A DNA stretch of 64,000 nt from Malacoraja senta (Eukaryota), in assembly GCA_038087875.1 (NCBI GenBank), contig CM075985.1, positions 12,276,001 to 12,340,000 of the forward strand. Direction: 5' to 3'. The notes under the pieces were generated by a model. It saw nothing but the letters and a program-made list of their open reading frames with translations, was not told the DNA's origin and ran no database searches. Positions 1-54,329 of this stretch are shown one piece after another; the stretch's first letter is position 1; every line of letters begins with the position of its first letter. A program made the translations under genes and the position numbers.

Positions 1-59
1 ACACTGAGCTAGTTTCACAGGTGCACGGTTACAGCAGAAATAGCCAGTCTTGATGCAGA

Positions 60-230
60 GAGAGAATGTGGGTTACCTGAAGTTGAGGTTGACTTTGAGC
101 CTGAAGGCGGCAATGTGGCCAGGCAGAAGAGGAGGTCCACTTCCTCTAGTTTGCTCTGGACCTGGTTATAACAGTGCAGGAGGCTGCAAATAGATATGTC
201 AGAGTGGTGCTTTAATTCTCCACCCACTCA
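60..230 (-). mobile_element. Degenerate Penelope-like element fragment (C-terminus of GIY-YIG endonuclease region)
   Basis: Translation HSDISICSLLHCYNQVQSKLEEVDLLFCLATLPPSG resembles the Penelope end motif ..LLHC....RKLEE.HLIF.LG.L.P.G.N. Confidence 0.55.
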
Positions 231-880
231 CGTCATCAGCACACCTTGACCTGCTCAGCATGTCCGACAGCCCTTTTATTAGCAACTCATTAGGAGCTCT
301 TTGTGTTATAACGAAGTCACTAATCCATTTAACAACAGACCCATACAAATTGAACCCATGGCAACCTTGGCTTCCTTGCAGATGTTCCCTGTGTGCTATG
401 TATCCATTTTCACCTTCTCCACAATGTAATACAAACTCTTTTCTCCCTTTCACACTTGTAATGAACAGTCTTCAATTTGAAACATCAACTCTGTTTCCCT
501 TTCCACAGATGCTGGTGGACTGTTGATTGATTCTAGTGTTTTCTGCTTTCATTTCCAATTTCTATCAGCTGTATTTTTTACATTTTTCTTATACAATTGA
601 ATCCTCACTCTAGACTTAGGTGAGTGCAGAATATGTTAAAGACAAGACAGGAGTATAGAAGCAAGGAACTGCGGACGCTGGTTTACAAAAAAAGGAACCA
701 AGTGCTGGGGTAATTCTGCGGGTCAGGCAGCATCCGTGGAGAACATAGATAGGTGGCATATTGGGTTGGGACGCGTCTTCTAACAGACCGGTCGGAATAT
801 TTTGTGCAAAACTACGGGAAGTGTTATTGCTGATCCATGATAACATTCCACAATCTTGTATGTTTTTCCTCCTTGTTCAG

Positions 881-44509
<43,629 letters not shown>

Positions 44510-45672
44510 TTCACACTGTCACAGAGGGACAAGCACACACTGACGCACATACACTGAAACATCGAGCACTATCAATGCACCCATGGCCGCGTTTTACTGC
44601 TGTAAGGAGAAGAGGAGGAAACCCAGCTGATATTAAAGTGACAGGCCAAACTATTAACCTTCAATGTTGGCCCGTGCACTCAGACAGCAGGACCAGGTAC
44701 GAGCTTAGAGAGTGTGCACAACTTTTAAAACAGATGGATTAGAAAGTCTCATCCCTCTCTCTGTTCAGCTAGAGTATGTGTATTTGCCACCTGAAGTGCT
44801 TTTGTTCAAGTTCTGTCTTCATGTCACTGTTTCTGAGCTTATCCGTTCACTATTATGTAAATTATATTTTAATTTTTATAGTTATGTGGGTGCGATATCC
44901 AATTCGAGGCTGTGAAAGGGATTCTAGATTCTTGGGCCTTGTCATTATTGAACGTGGTCATATTTATATTCAATCTAGACACTCCCATGGAGAGTACACA
45001 GAGAGCATTCAGAGCACATCTTCCCACGTACATTCTAAACTAATCGCATTGCCTCACAACCTGACTGTCTCTGAATCAATTAACAGTTCACCTAATCCCC
45101 AATTTTTCCATTTCATTGTGCATCGAACTGTTGGTTTCACAATTCCCTTCCCTTTCTCTTCCAAAAAAAGAGTGAGAGCGGGAAAGAAGAGATCTTTTCC
45201 AATATTCATAGTGTTGGCAATACTCTGTAATTCTCCACAGGCTCCAGAATTTTTGAGGAATTTCCTTACTGAAAAATGTTGGGATTGTGCCACCTCCACT
45301 GTTCATCCAAAGGGCAGATGAGGCCTAGGTTTAACCTCTCATCTAATGTACTCTCATCATCATGTAGCAATATCCCTGGTGTATCAGCCTAGTTTTTTGC
45401 TCTTGGGTGTTGTGGATGGGACTTGAATCCATTGACACCATTAACGGTGCATGATAATCCTTGAGCAAATTATCACTCAATTGAGCAACAAATCCATCGT
45501 ATCTGTCCCAGACTAATCTCACGAGCTCTCTTTCATGGGAGTGTTACATCCCTGTTCCAATATCTTGAAATGAGCCTCTCCAGGGATCTGGAGTTAAGAT
45601 TTTAAGAAGCGGAATTTATTTAATCTTTGCTCACATTATCACTAAGGATTGTTAATGTCTAGTATACACTGC

Positions 45673-45678
45673 AATAAA
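45673..45678 (+). terminator. Probable KCP polyadenylation signal
   Basis: AATAAA about 1.16 kb after the stop, followed by a T/GT-rich tract (ttttttgttatttgttttgttg). Confidence 0.6.
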
Positions 45679-46149
45679 ACCACTTTTTTGTTATTTGTTT
45701 TGTTGAAATTATTTGTTAATTTATGTGCCTGTCATTATACATGGACCCACATTAGAAGACACCATTTTGGCAGGATTACAGAAAAAAACTCTTAAAACAG
45801 TATAAACATTCCTTCAATTCTTCCTCCTTCAGTTAATTCATACTGGACTACATTCTCCAAATCCATAACCACACATTCTTCAAGTGAATGATGATCATGG
45901 GAACTGGAGTATTTAAATTTTTCTCGTCCTCTCTCAGATGATTGCTTGGGATCGAGGATAACTTGCTTCCTTTTCAGTTTTGTGGATTGCTTTCTCAATG
46001 AAGTAAGATTTGTGCCATATGGAAAGTACTGTTTATATGGATAACACTCAGTCCTTAAGAGTTAGACATAGTCAATATCAGCCAAGTGGAACAGAGATGT
46101 ATTTTCCAGAGTATTTTCCTTATTCTCCCCAGAGCTTATTCAATGTCTT

Positions 46150-46367
46150 CGTTGTAAACAAAAAAGACACTAAGTGCTGGAGTAACCCAGCGGGTCAGGC
46201 AGCATCTCTGCAGAACATGGATAGGTGACGTTTCAGGTCGGCACTCTTCTTCAGACAACCCAAAACATCACCTATCCATGTTCTCCAGAGGTGGTTCCTG
46301 ACCCTCTAAATTACTCCAACAATTTGTGTCTTTTTATATACCAGCAACTGTAGTTCCTTGCATCTAC
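46150..46367. mobile_element. Palindromic Penelope-derived repeat with minus-strand hammerhead-like core (46227-46254)
   Basis: Minus strand CTGAAGAagagtgccgacctGAAACGTC between inverted arms. Confidence 0.7.
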
Positions 46368-46686
46368 TTCTTTGTCATCTTGTCTCCTTCAGGCACTTAC
46401 AAAGGGGAGGAGGCAGGTTATGGCAGGAAAACAAAAGTGTCTGATCATGACGTTCCAGCCACTGTGATGTGGAATGCTTCCAGATCTGATGGTCCTTTCC
46501 TGCCTCTGTTTTCAGAGCAAACAATGTGCACAACCTTGCCACCAGCACAGAATGATAGGTCGATGACCTTTTGTAAATGCCTATTCTGTTCTTCCAACGT
46601 TCACCTTCAAAGGTCCTAACTAACTCAGCAGAAAGGTTGATGGGAATTGTTCCAGAGTGAATCCAAAGTCCAGCAAAAAATGGTAA

Positions 46687-46987
46687 GCGGCACTGTGACA
46701 CAGCGTTAGAGTTGCTGCTTGCAGCGCCAGAAATCCAGGTTCAATCCTGACTATGGGTGCTTTCTGTATGAAGTTTCTTTGGTCCCCCCGTGACCGCGTG
46801 GATTTTCTCCTTGATCTTCGGTTTCCTCCCACACTCCAAAGATGTACAGGATTGTAGGTTAATTGGCTTGGTGCAAGTGTAAATTGTCCCTAGCGTGCGT
46901 AGGATAGTGTTAGTGCAAGGATCGTTGGTCGATGCGGACACGGTGGGACGAAGGGCCTGTTTCCACGCTGTATCTCTAAACTAAACA
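46687..46987 (+). mobile_element. HE1/V-SINE-like SINE
   Basis: B-box ggttcaatcc; tail gggcctgtttccacgctgtatctctaaactaaac. Confidence 0.78.
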
Positions 46988-47957
46988 AAATCATTTGAAC
47001 TTCAATTTGGTGTGAAATATTTGAAAAGTGAGTGAGCATGAATCTCTCCATGGGAATCAGTAACACAGAATTAAATTTCAGCTATCACTGAGCATTCAGC
47101 TATCACTCACCTGACTGAGACCTTCACACTCCCACAATGGCTTCCTCTCCCATGTCAGAGTTTCCTCATTCCAATCACCGTTGTGAGGCGGTTCTCTCAG
47201 ACCAATGTCTGTAAATGTGACTCTTCCCTGCCTTCCCCATGTCTGAACAGAACTCTCTTAACCAGTCCTCAACCTCTACCACATGTGGTAATCTCTTCCA
47301 TGGACATGGGCTGTTCTGAGTTTTATAACTGGTACAATCCCAGTGATGACCCTCAGACTTTGTAATTGAATAATTGCACAATAAAATCCTCATGTGCAGT
47401 TGAAAATCTCTTAGTTTAGAAAATTTTCCGATCTACTTTTCTCCTAATACATTCTGCGCTCCATTCTCTTTCTGGCCTTTCTTAGCAGATTATTCTACCT
47501 GCGGACCTCAAATGCAAGTGCAAATCCCCTTCTTCCCCACTGCAGCACGATCTCTTAATGAGTAGGTGGTTCAAAGTGCCTGTCAGGTGTCCAGTTTGTT
47601 AGTTGCAGCCCCTTTCCAAGCAGTGGAGCAACCGAACCTCTGCACAGTTGGAGACCTCGCATGGTCTGGGCCTGCTCTCACCCAGGTCGATGCCCCCTCC
47701 TCCCATAATCTTCACTTCAGGCAACGATGACCACCTCCAAACAAAAATCAAACGTTAAAGGTATCTGTTTAAAGGTGTTCAGAGATGGGAATGTGGAATG
47801 AGTGGAGATGGCAGCTGGCTTCAGTCTTGCTCTTCCTGAGGCAGGTGTAGGAAGAGCAACAAACCTTCAGTCAGTGGGTGGGGCAGGAGACCGTGCCCCC
47901 CCCCCTCTCCCCTCCCCCCTAAGCAACTGCCACAGTTCCACCATCCACGAGGCTTCT

Positions 47958-48160
47958 TCACGTTTGGCAGCGCAGCAGCTTCTGGAAAACCTTCCTAAAC
48001 TCAACGTTGAAGATGGTGTAGATGATGGGGTTGACTGCACTGTTGACATAACCCAGCCAGGTGACGATGCTGATCAGCGTGGGCCCAATGGCACAGACCT
48101 CACATAAAACCTTCAGCACGTGGACCACGAAGAAGGGAGTCCAGCAAGCCAAGAACACCC
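47958..48160 (-). CDS. drd4-rs: D4-like receptor coding exon 4 (TM6-TM7, C-terminus)
   Basis: tttccag|[11 protein letters not shown]...[24 protein letters not shown]. Confidence 0.92.
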
Positions 48161-51100
48161 CTGGAAACACAACAACAAAGGAAGTCAAGCCGCTTCATCA
48201 TTCTTTCCAGACTGGCATTTAATGCAGGTGAAAGGTGATTGTTTAAGCTACTCCTCAAATTCTTCCCCAACTCCCCAAATAAACCACTGGAGAACCACAG
48301 CAGATGGACATCATCTGTGGAGGAAAGTGTGGCTCGTTAGCCTTCACTCTCCTCCAGAGACCCCAGCCACCCACCCTGTCTTCCTAGCCCCATTCACCCC
48401 AATTCCTCCTCCATCAGCCTCCCCAGCCCATGTAGTGAGGAGAGGCTGGTTCGGGACCTGAGGAGAGTCAATGTGAGGACACAGAGTGAGTCTAGGTGGG
48501 CAGATGTACCGACCCAGACTTGCTTTGCAGACTCACACCCACTCTCCCCTCCTCACGGTCCTTGCCTTGTCCACCCACCCAACCCCAGCCCACCCAATCC
48601 AACCTCATCACACACCACACCTCCAGCCAACCCCTCACCTCCAGCCCAATCCCAACCTCACCCAATCCCAACCCACACCTCCAACCCACCCCTCACCTCC
48701 AGCCCAATCCCAACCCCAGTCCTCCACAACCAACACCCCCGCAGAGTCGGCGCCCACCTACTACGATGGGCAGCACTTTCATCGCCTTCCTCTCCCGCCG
48801 GCTGACCCTGCGGCTCTTCGGCCCGGCCCCCGTCCTGGCCGCACACCCGTTCTCCCTCGGGTTGGCCGCCTCGGGGGACTCCATGTCCGACGTGCTGTCG
48901 AGCGGCGGCGTGACCAGCGCTCCCTGCAGCCCGGGGCCGGGGCCGGGGTTGGGACCGGCATCCGCCGCCAGCTGCTTGCCAGCTTCTGCCTTGGCTCCGG
49001 TGACCGTGAGGCGAAAGGAGAGCGTCCGGTCCCTGTCCCTGTCCCTGTCCCGCTGCCGGACCTCGGGCTTCATCCCCCAGCGTCGGAGCCCACGGAACAT
49101 GCCGTAGTAGAGGAAGAGCATGGCCGGACACGGGATGAAGAAGGAGCAGATGGAGGAGTAAACTACAAAGGTGCCGTCCTCCAGCTTGCAGGTCGTCGTA
49201 TCTCGCTGAGCCACGTTGTTGAGCCCGAAGATGACGGGGGAAGCTACGCCGAAGGACAGGAGCCATGTGGCCGCGATGAGGATCAGTTGCCGAGCGCTGA
49301 ATTGGTTCCTGTTGTACTTGAGGGGCACCATCACTGCAATGTACCTGCACAAGAGGAGAAGCGGAGGCGTCAGTGGACAGCGCTCACGTTGGACTCACAC
49401 GCCAGGCAGTCAAGAATCAACTGCGCTGACTTGGTAGTTTGTTCATATCCCCACATTGAAACAAAGCCATTGAGACAATCCAGTGGGCAATGAGCTCAGG
49501 GTCACCATTGCTGATACTAGGTCGTGAATTCCATATTTTAAAATTACTTTTATTGAGGTTTGTTTGTTTTATATAGGGAGGTTTCACGGCAGTCGGGTCA
49601 CGACCCATGACCCGTACTGTTGCTACGCTACGCCAAATGGAGTACACGCGATGAACTGTAGGCAAGCACTTACCATTGTTTCCAGCGTAGCGGGCCCGTT
49701 AAAACCCGCCGAAATTGTCAATTTTTGCGCTGTAAATAATTATGGAAATCGGGATAAGCGTGAGAGACATTTAGCCTACTTCAGAATTCAAAAAGTGAGG
49801 AGAAATGACGGTAGATAGCAGCGAGGAGAGTGCTTGTCGAACATTGGCCGTTTGCTCACTGCATTTCATCAACTAAGGCATTATTTGTGGGTTTTTTCTT
49901 GATTCCTTTGGCATCTAAAAAGTTTCAGAAGGGATAAATCTGGCTGTAAAATTTTTAAATCGCCCATGGTTCTCACGTGGATTTTTACATACAAAAATAA
50001 AACGCCTCTAAAGCAAAATTTACAACCAGATTTATCACTTCTGAGACTTTTTAGATACGAAAGGAATCAAGAAAAAACCCAAATAATGCCTTATGTTATT
50101 AACGCGTTTCTTGCATTAATAACATATACCGGAAGTTACGGATGTCCTCCAGATGGATTGAGCGGCTCCGTGCGTCAAGCCCTATGACCCAGTGACCTTA
50201 CGTGCAACCCCCCTATACATATGTCATGTGTGTGTGTGTGTGTAGGAAGGAACCACATGCTGGTTTTAAACCGAAGATAGACACAAATGCTGCCAGTCTT
50301 GCTGAGTACTCCAGCATTTTGTGTCTACGTGTATATACGCAGAGACACAAAATGCTGGAGTAAGTATAGGGGGGTTGCACGTAAGGTCACTGGGTCATAG
50401 GGCTTGACGCACGGAGCCGCTCAATCCATCTGGAGGACATCCATAACTTCCGGTATATGTTATTAATGCAAGAAACGCATACTTTCCTACCTGTTAAAAA
50501 CCGACAAAATGTTGAATTTTTTCGCTGTAAAAAATTGTGATAGTCGGGGTAAGTGTGAGAGACATGTACCCAACTCCAGAATTCCAAAAGTGAAGCGAAA
50601 TGAAGGTAAAGAGAAGCGGGAGCTGAAGGGACAACAACAGCTAAAGTGCTTGGCGAACATTGGCCGTGCAGATATCGGAATTGAAAATATTGGGATTTAT
50701 CGCGTTTGCTCACTGCATTTCATTAACGGTAAGGCATTATTTGGGTTTTTTCTTGATTCCTTTGGTATCTAAAAAGTCTCAGAAGTGATAAATCTGGTTG
50801 TAAATTTTGCTTTAGAGGCGTTTTATTTTTGTATATAAAAACCCACTTGAGAACCATGGGCGATTTTAAAATTTTACAGCCAGATTTATCCCTTCTGAAA
50901 CTTTTTAGATGCCAAAGGAATCAAGAAAAAAACACAAATAATGCCTTAGTTGATGAAATGCAGTGAGCAAACGGCCAATGTTCGACAAGCACTCTCCTCG
51001 CTGCTATCTACCGTCATTTCTCCTCACTTTTTGAATTCTGAAGTAGGCTAAATGTCTCTCACGCTTATCCCGATTTCCATTATTATTTACAGCGCAAGAA

Positions 51101-53046
51101 TTGACAATTTCGGCGGGTTTTAACGGGCCCGCTACGCTGGAAACAATGGTAAGTGCTTACCTGCAGTTCATCGCGTGAACTCCATTTGGCGTAACATAGC
51201 AACAGTACGGGTCGTGACCCGACTGCCGTGAAACCTCCCTATATATATATATATAGATAGATAGATACGATGAACTTTTGTTGTTGTTTATTGAGGGTTT
51301 TATAAGGTACTATGCTTACTTATATCATTATATGTTGTGCTGCTGAAAGTTTGAACTCCCTCGTTCTGCTTTGGAACATATGACAATATAACCCTCTTGA
51401 GTCCCCACCTACAATGACAGGGGTCTTGCAGTCATTTCAGTCTGGAGGTTTTTTGGAGGTGGGTCTATGGTTGCCTCAGAGAGTAGATGAACATTGATAC
51501 TGACCTGTCCACACTAATGGCACATAGGTTGAGAATGGAAGCTGTGCAAAGCATCACATCCATCGTCATTAACGCATCGCACAGGAACATGTTCAAAGTC
51601 CAAATCCCCCCATGAAACTAGAGGAAAGCAGAACGATTGAGTTGAGACAGAACCAACACAGCCAGTGGGGCCTCGACTGGACAAACAATTGCAGAGCTAT
51701 TCCAATATAGAGAGCAAACAAGAGCATAGGGGAAGTTTTCCTGTTGAACTTTCTTTTGTGGGAACTTAGCAAAGGCTGTTCAGACCCATACTCGTTGGAC
51801 ATTAGGTGCAGGCAGATTGTTAAATTCTAAGCAAGTTTATGTATCAGGACCACAGGACCTATCCCTGTTCAATTCCATAATGGCTACCTACCATAGCTTG
51901 CACTCAACATGAGAAAGTTTTTGTTCAAGTCCTTTAACCCATGTCTGAAGAAAGTACCAATATAGATCAATAGGTCCAAAATAATCAGAATTATTTCCAG
52001 AGAGAGAAAGCACTGAATGAAATGGTGAATGGGAATAGTGTGGAAAATGGAGAGAAAGTGTATATGTAGCAACAGGGAAAATGTGGTTAATAGGGTTACA
52101 GTGAGTTGAAGGAATGAGTGAGTTGGAGAAGAGGGACTGAGGTTGAGGGATTTAAAAAGATGGATAAGATGTTGGTCTATGCAAAGTGAAAAAGGTTTGT
52201 TTAATCAAAAGGACAATTTCTATTCCAACCATTTTAGCTTTAGATTAATCAGTCCCTCATTATTTAAATAGTTGTCTCCTGATACAGAGTGTGTATTTAA
52301 CTATTTGGTACTAGCCTTTGGAATGTCTGAGAGCATACTGCAGAAGGAGCATTTCATTGTATCTAATCTGCCTTAGATATTTGACAAGCCAACATAGATA
52401 AATATCTTTATTGAATCTTGAGCAAGATAGACAGTGATCAAGGATTTGGCAGTCAGTTGAAAGAATTCATGTTTATTGAAGAATGGGATTTTTAAATACT
52501 TCTGCCACTTATCATTAGATGCCTGATGTCAGACCTGCTACTAGTTGTGGCATTTATGTAGTTGGTGAAGGAACATTGGAGGTTGTCATGGGTGCGTGAA
52601 TGCTAGTCGCCACATCTGCCCATTCCTGCATGTTCTCCAACAAGTTCATTATTTGAGAGGTCTGCGAATAGAAATAAGGACTCTGCAATCATCATCAAAC
52701 ATCCCACTTTTGACCTTTTGCTGGAGAAAAGGGTCTGATGAAGCAGCTCAGGTTAAACCCTGGAGCTGGCCTGTGGGTTATTTAACTGGTGAGTGAGTAA
52801 ATGCTCTACCTCAGTGTACACGTAGAGAGGCAGAACAAGAACTGCGAGAAGTAGATCTGCTGCAGCCAGGCTGACAATGAAGTAGTTTGTTGCTGTCTTC
52901 AGAGACCTTTTGAGAAGCACACTGAGGCACACCAGAATATTACCCAGCATGATGGCCACAATGAGCAGGGTACCAAACAGGAGGGCCAAATAATTGTATG
53001 GAGAGCTGGCATCCTCCTGAGTTTTATTCGCTATCCCATTTAACAT
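47958..53046 (-). CDS. drd4-rs: D4-type dopamine receptor (probably DRD4-related sequence), 4 coding exons, 379 aa
   Basis: Exons 53046-52810, 51617-51505, 49344-48758 and 48160-47958 join to 1140 nt with no internal stop. Motifs: GNx[18 protein letters not shown] (D3.32), [11 protein letters not shown] (TM5 serines), [20 protein letters not shown]. Intron positions match DRD4. Assignment to drd4-rs rather than DRD4 is inferred from the KCP neighbour. Confidence 0.85.
48570..48740. repeat. C-rich imperfect tandem repeat in receptor intron 3
   Basis: cccctcacctccagcccaatcccaacc recurs. Confidence 0.7.
48758..49344 (-). CDS. drd4-rs: D4-like receptor coding exon 3 (TM4, TM5, ICL3, start of TM6)
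   Basis: gtgcag|[12 protein letters not shown]...[13 protein letters not shown]|gtgggc; CpG-rich. Confidence 0.9.
49575..50214 (+). mobile_element. Non-autonomous DNA transposon with THAP remnant (ISL2EU-like), internally deleted copy
   Basis: Termini AGGGAGGTTTCACG / CGTGCAACCCCCCT with AT on both flanks; encodes [23 protein letters not shown]. Confidence 0.75.
50368..51240 (-). mobile_element. Second, longer copy of the THAP-bearing element in inverted orientation
   Basis: Same termini reversed, AT flanks; ORF 50509-50772 [10 protein letters not shown]...RIPKV...LANIGR...[10 protein letters not shown] is THAP-like. Confidence 0.78.
51505..51617 (-). CDS. drd4-rs: D4-like receptor coding exon 2 (TM3), not in the ORF track
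   Basis: cctctag|[38 protein letters not shown]|gtcagt, 113 nt. Confidence 0.92.
52810..53046 (-). CDS. drd4-rs: D4-like receptor coding exon 1 (TM1-TM2)
   Basis: [10 protein letters not shown]...VLPLYVYTE|gtagag; N-glycosylation sequon NKT; in-frame stop upstream of the ATG. Confidence 0.88.
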
Positions 53047-53115
53047 GATGAAGTGACCAAATCTTCAGCACTGACTGTATGCTTCAGGACCATCTGAAAA
53101 GAAGAATATGGGTCA

Positions 53116-53308
53116 ATAGATAATAGATAATAGACAATAGGTGCAGGAGTAGGCCATTCGGCCCTTTGAACCATTCACTGTGATGATGGCAGATCATCCA
53201 CAATCAGTACCATGTTCCTGCCTTCTCCCCATATCCCTTGACTCCGCTATCTTTAAGAGGTCTATCCAACTCTCTCTTGAAAGCATCCAGAGAATTGGCC
53301 TCCACTGC
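53116..53308 (-). mobile_element. Short CR1 3' end with (TGTCTAT)n-like tail
   Basis: aatagataatagacaataggtgcaggagtaggccattcgg. Confidence 0.8.
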
Positions 53309-54329
53309 CGGTCAAGTCATGTTGTGGTAGCACACATCGCAATTACAATCAGTTCTTTCTTGACTTCTTTATTTTCAACTCAGAGTATAGGTCACTAATC
53401 ACTATCCATTACAAGCCTAAGATTCCCATATCCATTTTTTCCTAGACTCCTCCCAGCCTGTTTCCTGTAAGAACTTCATATATTTTCCCCAGTTACTAGA
53501 GCTTCATTGCCATGCTCCAGCAATTTCCCACAGTTCCATTGCTTCTCCTCTGCTTTCTCACTATTTACTCCACCTCAACTCAGATCAGTTGCCGTTAGCA
53601 AGCTTTCCTCACCCTCTCTGACACCAGTCTGTCAGCCATTTCCTATTGGCCTCCGTCCTATCACAGGCAGTCCCTGTGTTCTCTCTGCCCGATCCCTTAT
53701 TTGCAACTTAAAACATGTTTGATTTTTCATTTTCCCCAGTTCTGATCAATGGCCATCAACTTGAAACATCATTACTGTTTCTCTCTCAACAGAGGCTGTG
53801 CGATCTCCTGAGTATTTCCATTCTATTTTGATTTTTAATCCCACTGTTTAATGACCCTGGGTTCGTGAGTGGGGAAAGCGAGCAGGTGGCCAAAGCTCCT
53901 GTTTGCTGCACAATGACTCATGAGCTGTAGAGAATTGCCATAGCACCAAGCTTTTTGGAGTTGGTGGGGGAAGCTAAAAGCGAGAAACGTCTGAAATAGA
54001 TGACATCAAACATGGCTGTAATGCTGATCTCTTGTAACTTTATCCTGAGATATTATCCACCATCCCTCCCCAATCTTCCATCCTCCCTGCTGTCTTCCTC
54101 TCAATCAGCCTCACATATGCATTCCTTTCTGGGTCTGGGCTGTAATGAAGAGCTGGTTCCCCTGTTAACATTCCTTAGTCTCTCTCACCTGCTGCTGAAA
54201 GTAACCACTCATTTTACTCTGAGCTGAATTTGTCCACTTCCCCAGCTTCCACAATGGAGTTTGTTTTTACTGGCCACTGCATCAGTATGACTTACTGAAA
54301 GCTCAGAAGTAAAGTCAGATAAATTTGGC

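Noticed and set aside
44776-45321. 181-aa ORF after the KCP stop
   Set aside because: 3' UTR sequence with no recognisable motifs or exon support.
48486-49493. 335-aa and 203-aa plus-strand ORFs
   Set aside because: Antisense shadows of the GC-rich receptor exon 3 and the C-rich intron repeat.
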